Assembly: GCA_964638995.1 (NCBI GenBank)
Contig: CAZXCF010000002.1
Span: 1-28,150, forward strand
Direction of reading: 5' to 3'
DNA from: Candidatus Woesearchaeota archaeon
GTDB lineage: Archaea; Nanobdellota; Nanobdellia; Pacearchaeales; GW2011-AR1
DNA length: 28,150 nt
Of this stretch, positions 9,645 to 17,478 are shown in pieces. The translations under genes and the position numbers were made by a program. The notes under the pieces are model-generated. The model did no database searches and was not told the DNA's origin. It saw nothing but the letters and a program-made list of their open reading frames with translations. Position 1 is the first letter of the stretch, and the number at the start of each line of letters is the position of its first letter.

Positions 9645-10457
9645 ATGGGTGTATTAAGAGGCATTGTTTTGATCTTTGTTTGCGTTTTGTTATTTGTTTC
9701 TCTATTTGTAACAGGTGTTTTTGCAACTCTTGATAATTCCCTTGATTATAAAATAGTTAAACCTAATATAGAACCAATAATAAATGGAACGCTTTCTAAA
9801 CAAGAAATTTCTAATTCGATTGAAAACGATCAAATTTATTTAGAAACGTATTGTAATACTCATGATGAATATTCTTTAAATGGTTCACAATTTAATCTTT
9901 CTATTCCTTGCGAAATTATTTTGAACGGGTCTGATTCTATTTTTAATTATTTTGTTGAAAATTCAATTGAAAGTTTTTATTATAAAGAGTATGATTGCGA
10001 GTTCTGGAAATGTTTTAAACAACAAGATACGCCTTTCTTTTTAGTTTCAGAGCACGCTAAAAATTATTGGAATAAGAGATATTATTTATTTTTAATGATT
10101 TCAATTGCTTTAGCAGTTCTTGTTTTCTTTTTAGTTAAAAATAAAGTTAACTTCCCTTTTGTTGCAGGTTCTTTACTTGCGGTTTCATTTATCCCTGTGG
10201 CTTGGTTAGATACATTTGGCAGGACAATTATTAAAATCGCTCTTTCTGGAGCAAGTTTAGGTTTAGATAGTTTGAGAGGTATTGATTTAAATGTTATTGT
10301 TAATGTGTTTTTTAGTGAAGCGAATTTTGTATTTTTAACAGGTTTTGTTATAGGGTTGGTGTTTTTAGGAATAGGTATAACTCTGAAGATTGCAAAGGGC
10401 GGATTTAAACTCAGCAAATTATTTTCTAAAATGGATAAAAAAGAGGATAAAGAATAA
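9645..10457 (+). CDS. Hypothetical multi-pass membrane protein with a Cys-containing extracellular loop
   Basis: 270-aa ORF with an N-terminal TM/signal, a loop with 4 Cys and about 3 further TM segments. TTTATAAA at -30..-23. Confidence 0.8.
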   Translation: MGVLRGIVLIFVCVLLFVSLFVTGVFATLDNSLDYKIVKPNIEPIINGTLSKQEISNSIENDQIYLETYCNTHDEYSLNGSQFNLSIPCEIILNGSDSIFNYFVENSIESFYYKEYDCEFWKCFKQQDTPFFLVSEHAKNYWNKRYYLFLMISIALAVLVFFLVKNKVNFPFVAGSLLAVSFIPVAWLDTFGRTIIKIALSGASLGLDSLRGIDLNVIVNVFFSEANFVFLTGFVIGLVFLGIGITLKIAKGGFKLSKLFSKMDKKEDKE

Positions 10458-10612
10458 TGGATTTAGTTAGAGTTTCTAAACTTGTTGAATATATTCAAGA
10501 GAATCGTAAGAAAGGTTATACCGATGAAGAATTAAAAAGCATTATTTTAGGTAAAGGATATACTAAAGACGAATTTCATCATGCTGTTGAAAGTTTAAAG
10601 GAGAACAAATAA
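10457..10612 (+). CDS. 51-aa small protein not in the ORF track (MDLVRVSKLVEYIQENRKKGYTDEELKSIILGKGYTKDEFHHAVESLKENK)
   Basis: ATG overlaps the upstream TAA (TAATG), the ORF fills the gap to the next promoter, and it looks like an amphipathic helical protein. Confidence 0.72.
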   Translation: MDLVRVSKLVEYIQENRKKGYTDEELKSIILGKGYTKDEFHHAVESLKENK

Positions 10613-10641
10613 TTTATAAGACTCTTTTATTATTCTTTGTT

Positions 10642-11493
10642 ATGACAAATAAGAAATGTATTGTATTATTTTCAGGAGGATTGGATTCTAGATTAGTTGT
10701 TAAGCTAATGCAAGAAAGAGGTTTCGAGGTTGTTGCAGTTCATTTTAAGTTGCCTTTTGGTTGTTCTTGTTTGCATGCAAAAGATTTTTGTAAAAAAAAT
10801 AAAGTAAGATTAAAAATTTTTGATTGTACTTCAGGTAGGTTGTTACAAGATTATTTAGAAGTTATCGAAAGAGCAGAGCACGGAACCGGAGTAAGTGTTA
10901 ATCCTTGTATTGATTGTAAAATTTTTATGTTGAAACATACAAACGAGTTTGCTAAATCTGAAGGAATAAAGGTTATAGCAACAGGAGAAGTTCCTGGACA
11001 AAGGCCAATGTCTCAAAAAGAAAATCAATTAAGATTGATTAAAGAAAATTCAAAGATTGATAAGTTGATTAGGCCTTTATTAGAAATAGGTTTTAAAGGA
11101 AGGCAGAGAGTAAAGCAAATTGAGTTAGCTAGAAAATTTGGGATTGATTATCCTAAACCTGCAGGAGGATGTTTGTTGTGTGAAAAACTCCTGAAAAAAA
11201 GATTTGAATTTTTAATTAAAAGAGGTTTGAATGAAAAAGAATTGCCTTTAGTTTGTATTGGAAGACATTTTGTAATTGAGCGTTGTTGGATTGTTTTAGG
11301 AAGAGATGAAAATGAGAATAAAGTTTTAGAAAATTCAAAGATTGGAAAATTGATTGAACCTAGTTTTTCAGGGCCAAGTGCTTTGATTTTAGATAATTTA
11401 AAAGATAAAGGATTAATTGAACAGCTAGTTTATTCTTATTCAAAATTGGGGAATTTAAAGGAAAGAAAACTTTTTGAAGAATTTAAAATTTAA
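10642..11493 (+). CDS. PP-loop tRNA thiolase-like ATP pyrophosphatase (ThiI/MnmA-related, no THUMP domain evident)
   Basis: LFSGGLDS PP-loop, NPCIDCK, ATGEVPGQRPMSQ, PAGGCLLCE, GRHF. TTTATAAG at -29..-22. Confidence 0.82.
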   Translation: MTNKKCIVLFSGGLDSRLVVKLMQERGFEVVAVHFKLPFGCSCLHAKDFCKKNKVRLKIFDCTSGRLLQDYLEVIERAEHGTGVSVNPCIDCKIFMLKHTNEFAKSEGIKVIATGEVPGQRPMSQKENQLRLIKENSKIDKLIRPLLEIGFKGRQRVKQIELARKFGIDYPKPAGGCLLCEKLLKKRFEFLIKRGLNEKELPLVCIGRHFVIERCWIVLGRDENENKVLENSKIGKLIEPSFSGPSALILDNLKDKGLIEQLVYSYSKLGNLKERKLFEEFKI

Positions 11494-11526
11494 AAATTTT
11501 TAAACTCAATCACAATTTAAAAAATA

Positions 11527-11840
11527 AAAATGGTAAAATATGTATATAAATTCACAGACTCTCATTTCACTCGGTCTAATCCGTCTTTCAGAGAAATCCG
11601 AATTAAATTAAAATTTGTAAATTCAAATATTATTTAAAATGGTAAAATATGTATATAAATTCACAAATGGAAAAAGAATCTCCTTTGAATTTGGAAATCT
11701 TTAATCCATTCGCAAATTTAAAATGGTAAAATATGTATATAAATTCACAAATGGAAAAAGAATCTCCTTTGAATTTGGAAATCTTTAATCCATTCGCAAA
11801 TTTAAAATGGTAAAATATGTATATCAATTCACAAATGGAA
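11527..11840 (+). repeat. Four copies of the 5' end of the 11807 gene: 30 bp at 11527-11556, then about 2.5 tandem 84-bp units at 11632-11840
   Basis: aaaatggtaaaatatgtatat(a/c)aattcaca recurs with ATG at 11530, 11639, 11723 and 11807. Units 11632-11715 and 11716-11799 are identical. Confidence 0.95.
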
Positions 11841-12334
11841 GGGAATTAACTAAAGCTGAATTTTTAAAATGGTTTCGAAAGAAATTTCTTTATGTTATTA
11901 GGAAATTTGGAATGATTGAAAAAGGCGATGTTTTAGGTTTTAGAAAAAAGAAAGATTTTAGGTCTGTAGTTCTTGAAGATCTTTTGGATTTTTTTGTTGA
12001 AAAAGCTCCCGTTAAGGTTGTTCGGTTGCCGAAAAAGTCAAATAAAATTGTTGAATCAACTACCTCTGATCAGGTTTCAGAAAAATTAACTCTGGAATTG
12101 TTTAAAGGAGATATTTCTAAACTTAAATTAAAGCCTGTTTCAGAAAATACAATTAGGCCTTTGTATTTATTTTTAGATAAAGAAATTTTATTATATGCTA
12201 AATTAAAAGGTTTAAAATTTAAAGAACCTAAATTTAAACAAAATAAAATAAGCAAATTTATAAGAAAACTAGAATCTAAACATTTGGAATTAAAACATTC
12301 AATTGTAAAAAGTTATTTAGAAATTTTTAATTAA
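11807..12334 (+). CDS. Degenerate TtcA/Ncs6(Ctu1)-like protein lacking the PP-loop and Cys motifs
   Basis: F.KWFRKK..YVIRKFGMIEKGD, IRPLYLFLDKEILLYAKLKGL and a KFIRKLESKH..LKHSIVKS tail resemble the family. The SGGKDS position reads RKKKDFRS, and the protein has no Cys. Confidence 0.62.
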   Translation: MVKYVYQFTNGRELTKAEFLKWFRKKFLYVIRKFGMIEKGDVLGFRKKKDFRSVVLEDLLDFFVEKAPVKVVRLPKKSNKIVESTTSDQVSEKLTLELFKGDISKLKLKPVSENTIRPLYLFLDKEILLYAKLKGLKFKEPKFKQNKISKFIRKLESKHLELKHSIVKSYLEIFN

Positions 12335-12364
12335 TTTGCTAATGTAGCTTTTATTTATCTTATA

Positions 12365-12380
12365 TAGCAAAATTTTGCTA
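12365..12380. terminator. Perfect 16-bp palindrome between convergent genes (possible bidirectional terminator or binding site)
   Basis: tagcaaaattttgcta is its own reverse complement. Confidence 0.4.
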
Positions 12381-12396
12381 GTAATACTTTAAGGAA

Positions 12397-14427
12397 TTAC
12401 TTTCTAGATTCTTCTATTTCTTTTTTGTCTAAATTGGAAACAAAATTATTTATGAATTTTTTTGTTTCTTCGTTATTATAATGTTTTATTTCTATAATAT
12501 GATAAACATCTTCTCGATCTTTATATTTTTCAGATTTTACTTGGTTTTTTATTTTGTCTTTGATTTCTTTTGAGTATACAACTTCCGATTCAGAATCTGA
12601 TGCCATTTTTTTAGCTTGCGTTATGAATGTTCCCATACTGGCAAATTTTATGGCGTTTTTTTCTGGCTTTATTATTGCTGTTCCATTGTTGATTGAAACT
12701 CCAAAATCTATTTTTTGTTTGAAAGTTTTATTATGTTTTTTGATTGTTTTCTTTATTGTTTGTGCTATTTCTAGTGCTGTTGATTCGTTTTTGAATGTCT
12801 TTGTTTTTAGGGGTATTAACATAAAAATGAGATTGTCATTATTTTGATGGGTCGATGCTTTTTGTTTTTCTGCATAATTAATTAATTTTTGAATTGTTTC
12901 TTTTGCGTTCCCTTCTGTTGATTCTATTTCTTTTAGGTTTTTTATGTTTAAACATACTGCACTCGATTTTTGTTTTGTTCCTTGAATAGATAAAGATAAT
13001 ATTGCAGGATTTTTTGATCTTAATTCATTGGATTTTATTGAGGATTTTTCTTTTGTTCTTTTTGAATGTTCTATTTTTTTCTTCTTTAGTATTTTAGGCA
13101 TATAGGCTAGAAAAGTTCTGTTTTGTCTTTTTTTGAAGGTAATATAAGTGAAAACTCCTAAAACTCCAAGTATAAATAACCAAGCAAGCGAGAATAATAA
13201 TTTGAAACCGGTTTTCTTTTCTTTTGCTGAAATAGTTCTTCCTGTTAGTACCGCTCTTTGTTTTATTTCGTTATCCTCCTCTTTAATACTTATTTGATAT
13301 TCTCCGTCTGGCGCCTTTAATTTGTATTCTTTAGTTTCATCTACGCCCAATTCAACATCAATAAAAATAGATTCATTTCCTATATTTATTTTTACCGAGT
13401 CATTGTAGGCTACATTTCCAGTATTTAAAATCGATACAGTATTATTTATTAAAGAAATATTTATATCGGATTTTTTTCCAATTAAAAAGTTTCTTTGAGT
13501 ATCTAGATCATTAGATTCTGCTTTTGCTGTCCATGTTAAAGGAGGTTCATTATATTTAATTGGAATTTCTAACTGTTCGTTTGTTTTTAATTCTCTTTTT
13601 TCAATTATCTTTGATCGATTATTTCTAACTTCTATTTCTACTTGTGAATCAATATTTTCACCTGTTTGATCGTGTAAAATCGCCTTTATTTTTCCTGTTT
13701 CTCCGGGAGTTATTTCTGGTTTAACTACAAGTTCTAGGCTTGTTGGAATTTGCTTTATTTTAATGAAATAATTTATAAATCCATTATTGGTTACTTCCTC
13801 TGATGAATCTTTTTCTTTAGCTTCTAATTTAACAACATATTTTCCAGCTTTCATGTTTTGAGGGAATGTTAGATTTATTGAATACTCTCCAGATGTAATT
13901 GTTCCAGTCTTTTGAATTGTTTTTGAAGAATTTTCTAGTTTTATTTCTAAATTAATTATTCCTTCTGCTGGTTCTTGATTTTCTTTTTTTGCTTTACCCT
14001 CAAACAGTATGTTTTGTCCAGGTTCAAAAAGAGATTCTTCTTTTTTTGGTTCGATTATTATTCTATCCGAAATTTTGAAATTATCAGTTGTTGCATAATC
14101 ATTTTCTAAGTGTGCTTTTATGAAGCAATTTCCTTTTGAAGATCCAATTAGAGATTTTGAAAGAACTAGCGAGGATTCTATTTTTTTTTCTTCACCTGCG
14201 GGAAGATTTACTCCATTTTTATAGAAATTAATTGTTTGGTTTTTGCAGATTAAATCTATTTGAAACACGTTTGTTATATCTTGGCTTGTTTTTATTGTAC
14301 TTGAAATGCTAATAGAATCTCCTAAACTATAATTTCCAGAAGGTTCGTTATTGAAGATTATTTCTGCATTTGCTAGAGGTAAGATTAGAAATACTAGTAT
14401 AAATAAGGGAATAGCTCTTTTCAACAT
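12397..14427 (-). CDS. Large single-pass surface protein: signal peptide, beta-rich Ig-like ectodomain, TM helix, cytoplasmic degenerate class III nucleotidyl cyclase-like domain
   Basis: Start moved to ATG 14427 (MLKRAIPLFILVFLILPLANA; TTTATAAA at -29..-22). TM LLFSLAWLFILGVLGVFTYITF. C-terminal FGVSINNG...MGTFITQAKKM...EVVYSKEI. The ORF is firm; domain calls are by eye. Confidence 0.75.
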   Translation of the reverse strand: MLKRAIPLFILVFLILPLANAEIIFNNEPSGNYSLGDSISISSTIKTSQDITNVFQIDLICKNQTINFYKNGVNLPAGEEKKIESSLVLSKSLIGSSKGNCFIKAHLENDYATTDNFKISDRIIIEPKKEESLFEPGQNILFEGKAKKENQEPAEGIINLEIKLENSSKTIQKTGTITSGEYSINLTFPQNMKAGKYVVKLEAKEKDSSEEVTNNGFINYFIKIKQIPTSLELVVKPEITPGETGKIKAILHDQTGENIDSQVEIEVRNNRSKIIEKRELKTNEQLEIPIKYNEPPLTWTAKAESNDLDTQRNFLIGKKSDINISLINNTVSILNTGNVAYNDSVKINIGNESIFIDVELGVDETKEYKLKAPDGEYQISIKEEDNEIKQRAVLTGRTISAKEKKTGFKLLFSLAWLFILGVLGVFTYITFKKRQNRTFLAYMPKILKKKKIEHSKRTKEKSSIKSNELRSKNPAILSLSIQGTKQKSSAVCLNIKNLKEIESTEGNAKETIQKLINYAEKQKASTHQNNDNLIFMLIPLKTKTFKNESTALEIAQTIKKTIKKHNKTFKQKIDFGVSINNGTAIIKPEKNAIKFASMGTFITQAKKMASDSESEVVYSKEIKDKIKNQVKSEKYKDREDVYHIIEIKHYNNEETKKFINNFVSNLDKKEIEESRK

Positions 14428-14496
14428 GTTAGAAATAATTATTCTATATTTATAAATATTGTTAAGGTTTAAAAATCTAGGTTCTTTTAATATTAA

Positions 14497-15609
14497 ATGG
14501 CGAAAAAATTGGTGTTTGATCCCTGGAAAGTGGAAGGAGATATAAATTATAAAAAATTGGTTAAACAATTTGGAATTTCCCCTATAAAAAATCTTCCAAC
14601 AGTATTTCAAGGAAATGTTTTATTTAGAAGAAATGTTGTTTTTGCGCATAGAGATATTGAAAGGATTTTGAATGCTGTCAAAAATAAAAAGCCTTTTGTA
14701 ATTATGACTGGTTTGATGCCCACCGGAAAATTTCATATTGGGCACATGCTCGTTGCACAGCAATTTGTTTTTTGGCAAAATCTTGGCGCTAAAATTTATA
14801 TTGCAGTTGCCGATTTAGAATCTTACAATGCTAGAGGTTTAAGTTTAGAAGAAGCTCGAAAAAATGCTTTGGAAGAGTATATTACAAATTATGTTGCTCT
14901 TGGTTTAGATTTAAAAAAAGCCGATATTTATTTTCAATCAGATAGAAGTAAAGAAGGGGAAAAGGCAAATGCATATTATAGGTTACAAAATTTGCTGTCT
15001 AAACACTCGACTTTTGCAGAATTTAAAGGAGTTTATGGCGAGATTACTCCTGGAAAAATGTTAAGTTCTTTATTACAAGCTTCTGACATGTTGCATCCTC
15101 AGTTAAAAGAGTTTGAAGGGAATTGTCCCGTTTTAGTTCCTGTTGGAATTGATCAGGATCCCCACTTAAGATTGGCAAGAGATATTTCTAAGAGAATTAA
15201 AAATCCCAAGTTTGTTCAGTTAAGTTCAACTTACCATACATTTATGCCTGGTTTAGGCGGTGGAAAAATGAGTTCATCTAATCCCAATTCTTATATCGCT
15301 TTAACAGATTCGCCTTCTGAAGTGAAGAAAAAAATTAATAAATATGCATTTTCAGGAGGGCAAAAAACTTTAGAAGAACATAAGAAAAAAGGTGGAAATC
15401 CTGATATTGATGTGAGTTTTCAATATTTGAAAATGTTTTTTGAAGAAGATGACAAAAAATTAGAAGAAATTGAGGAAAAATACAGAAAAGGTGAAATGTT
15501 AACAGGCGAGTTAAAGAAATATTGTATTGAGAAAATAAATAGTTTTTTAGAAAAACATCAGAAAAGAAGGGAAAAGGCTAAAAAGATGGTTGATAAGTTA
15601 TTCAAATGA
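14497..15609 (+). CDS. trpS: Tryptophanyl-tRNA synthetase, archaeal type
   Basis: PTGKFHIGH (HIGH), VPVGIDQDPH, GGKMSSS (KMSKS), KINKYAFSGG, GGNPDIDV. TTTAAAAA at -29..-22. Confidence 0.97.
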   Translation: MAKKLVFDPWKVEGDINYKKLVKQFGISPIKNLPTVFQGNVLFRRNVVFAHRDIERILNAVKNKKPFVIMTGLMPTGKFHIGHMLVAQQFVFWQNLGAKIYIAVADLESYNARGLSLEEARKNALEEYITNYVALGLDLKKADIYFQSDRSKEGEKANAYYRLQNLLSKHSTFAEFKGVYGEITPGKMLSSLLQASDMLHPQLKEFEGNCPVLVPVGIDQDPHLRLARDISKRIKNPKFVQLSSTYHTFMPGLGGGKMSSSNPNSYIALTDSPSEVKKKINKYAFSGGQKTLEEHKKKGGNPDIDVSFQYLKMFFEEDDKKLEEIEEKYRKGEMLTGELKKYCIEKINSFLEKHQKRREKAKKMVDKLFK

Positions 15610-15692
15610 AAACACTAAAATTTTCACCCAAGGCAAAAAGCAAGCTTTTAGTTGCTTTGCCAAACAAATGGAGGTTTTTGTCAAAACAATGA
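15606..15692 (+). other. Repeat-encoded coupled mini-ORF A, 28 aa (MKTLKFSPKAKSKLLVALPNKWRFLSKQ)
   Basis: ATG 15606 overlaps the trpS TGA; its own TGA (15690-15692) overlaps the thrS ATG 15689. 83-bp unit. Confidence 0.7.
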
Positions 15693-17389
15693 AAACACTA
15701 AATTTACATTGCGATTATATTAAATGGCAGGCTCTGAAGAAAGCTTTAAAGAGTTTGGAAGATTTGCCTGAAAAAGATCTCGAAGAAAAATATGTTAAAG
15801 ATTGTTTAGTTGTTTTGATTGCGGTTGAAAAGCTAGATTTAAATGTAAAAGAAGTTATTGAAGAATTTGTGGAAAGTATAAAGAATATCTCTAAGCAAGT
15901 TAATACAAAAAATATTGTTCTTTACCCTTATGCTCATTTATCTAAAAGATTGGGGAGTCCAGATTTGGCTCAAGAGATTTTGAAAAAATCTGAAAAGGCA
16001 CTGAAAAAAGAAAAGTTTAAAGTTTCTAGAGCTCCATTTGGATATTACAAGTCATTTGAAATAAAAGTTAAAGGGCATCCTTTGTCTGAATTATCAAGAG
16101 AGATTGTTGTTGGAGGAAATGAGGAAGAGGAAAAATTTGATCCTAAACAGTTATTAAGAGAGATTTCAAAATCAAAATTAGATTCTTCTAAATTGAAAGA
16201 TAACGATCATAGGATTCTAGGAAAGCAGATGGATTTATTTAGTTTTAATGAAGTTGCACCTGGAATGATTTTTTGGCATAATAATGGGGTAGTTGTTAGA
16301 AATGAACTGATTAAATTTATGAGGGAGTTAATGAAATCTAGAGGTTATGAAGAAGTTTTGACCCCTCAAATAATGGATAAAAAATTATGGCAAATTTCCG
16401 GACATTGGGACAAATATAAAGAAAACAATTTTTCAACCGAATATGAGGGGAGGCAGTTTTTGATTAAACCGATGAATTGTCCTGGAGGTTTACTGATTTA
16501 TAAGAATTCTCCAAAATCATATAAAGAACTTCCTTTGAAGTCAGGCGAATTCGGAATTGTTCATAGACAAGAATTATCAGGAGTTTTAGGAGGATTATTT
16601 AGAGTTATACAATTTACACAGGATGATGCCCATGTTTTTTGTACTGAAAAACAACTGGAGAAGGAAATTTCTAATATTATGGAGTTAGTAGATTATATTT
16701 ACACTAAATTTAATTTTGAATATAGCATTGAATTATCTACTCGTCCCGAAAAAAGAATAGGTTCTGACGAGATTTGGGATAAAGCAGAAAATGCTCTAAA
16801 AAAAGTTTTAGATAAGAGAAAAGTTAAGTATAAAATTAATAAAGGTGATGGAGCATTTTACGGGCCAAAGATCGATTTTCACTTGAAAGATTCTTTGAAG
16901 AGAACTTGGCAGTGTGGAACTATTCAGGTTGATTTTTCAATGCCGGAAAGATTTGAATTAGAATATACGGATAAAAACAATAAAAAGAAGCGTCCAATTA
17001 TGGTTCATAGAGCTATTTATGGCTCATTAGAAAGATTCTTGGGAATTTTATTGGAGCATACAAACGGCCGTTTACCTCCATGGTTATCTCCAATTCAAGT
17101 TAGGATTTTAAATTTTACAGATAGAAATCTTGATTATGCTGAAAAAGTGATTGAAAGATTAGGAGAAAAAATTCCGAATTTAAGGGTTGATGCAGATTTT
17201 TCTCAGACAACAGTTCAATCAAAAGTTAAAAATGCAGAGATGATGAAAATTCCTTATATTTTAGTTGTAGGAGATAAAGAGCAGGGCTCTAATTCGGTTT
17301 CTGTAAGAAAAGAAGGGAAAGTAAAAACAGAATCTGTTGACAATTTTATAACAAAACTTAAAAAAGAGATTGAAGACAGATTATCATGA
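15689..17389 (+). CDS. thrS: Threonyl-tRNA synthetase with an archaeal-type N-terminal editing domain and a bacterial-type catalytic core
   Basis: N-terminus MKTLNLHCDYI, YPYAHLS, APFGYYKSF, KGHPLSELSR. Core DHRILG, SGHWDKY, KPMNCPG, HRQELSG, FTQDDAH, GAFYGPKID, MVHRAIYGSLERF. The ORF-track extension to 15590 is repeat sequence. Confidence 0.96.
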   Translation: MKTLNLHCDYIKWQALKKALKSLEDLPEKDLEEKYVKDCLVVLIAVEKLDLNVKEVIEEFVESIKNISKQVNTKNIVLYPYAHLSKRLGSPDLAQEILKKSEKALKKEKFKVSRAPFGYYKSFEIKVKGHPLSELSREIVVGGNEEEEKFDPKQLLREISKSKLDSSKLKDNDHRILGKQMDLFSFNEVAPGMIFWHNNGVVVRNELIKFMRELMKSRGYEEVLTPQIMDKKLWQISGHWDKYKENNFSTEYEGRQFLIKPMNCPGGLLIYKNSPKSYKELPLKSGEFGIVHRQELSGVLGGLFRVIQFTQDDAHVFCTEKQLEKEISNIMELVDYIYTKFNFEYSIELSTRPEKRIGSDEIWDKAENALKKVLDKRKVKYKINKGDGAFYGPKIDFHLKDSLKRTWQCGTIQVDFSMPERFELEYTDKNNKKKRPIMVHRAIYGSLERFLGILLEHTNGRLPPWLSPIQVRILNFTDRNLDYAEKVIERLGEKIPNLRVDADFSQTTVQSKVKNAEMMKIPYILVVGDKEQGSNSVSVRKEGKVKTESVDNFITKLKKEIEDRLS

Positions 17390-17478
17390 ATTTTTCAAAA
17401 TTTCATTTTAGACAAAAAATTTCAAAGAAATTTTTAGTTGCTTTGTCAAACAAATGGAGGTTTTTGTCAAAACAATGA
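17386..17478 (+). other. Repeat-encoded coupled mini-ORF B, 30 aa (MNFSKFHFRQKISKKFLVALSNKWRFLSKQ)
   Basis: ATG 17386 overlaps the thrS TGA; its TGA (17476-17478) overlaps ATG 17475. It shares the 43-bp 3' core with A and C. Confidence 0.65.

Noticed and set aside
11630-11827. 65-aa minus-strand repeat ORF as a real gene
   Set aside because: It is the antisense reading of the tandem unit, with no ATG-promoter context or recognisable product.
11632-11840. CRISPR array (41-bp repeat with 43-bp spacers)
   Set aside because: The spacers are identical, the repeat is the start of the adjacent gene, and there are no cas genes in the window.
14428-14610. Upstream extension of the large surface protein
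   Set aside because: It overlaps trpS antisense. The signal peptide and TATA spacing both support ATG 14427.
15590-15688. N-terminal extension of ThrRS (and the similar extension at 17438-17557)
   Set aside because: Both extensions are translations of the repeat unit and start at non-ATG codons. The recognisable protein begins at MKTLNLHCDY.
15606-15692. Classical Thr attenuator leader peptide or T-box
   Set aside because: There is only one Thr codon, no terminator with a U tract and no T-box consensus. The same unit also occurs downstream of thrS.
14497-17389. Programmed frameshift producing a TrpRS-ThrRS fusion
   Set aside because: The thrS frame is open through the repeat, but I see no convincing slippery site, and the ATGA relay explains the layout more simply.
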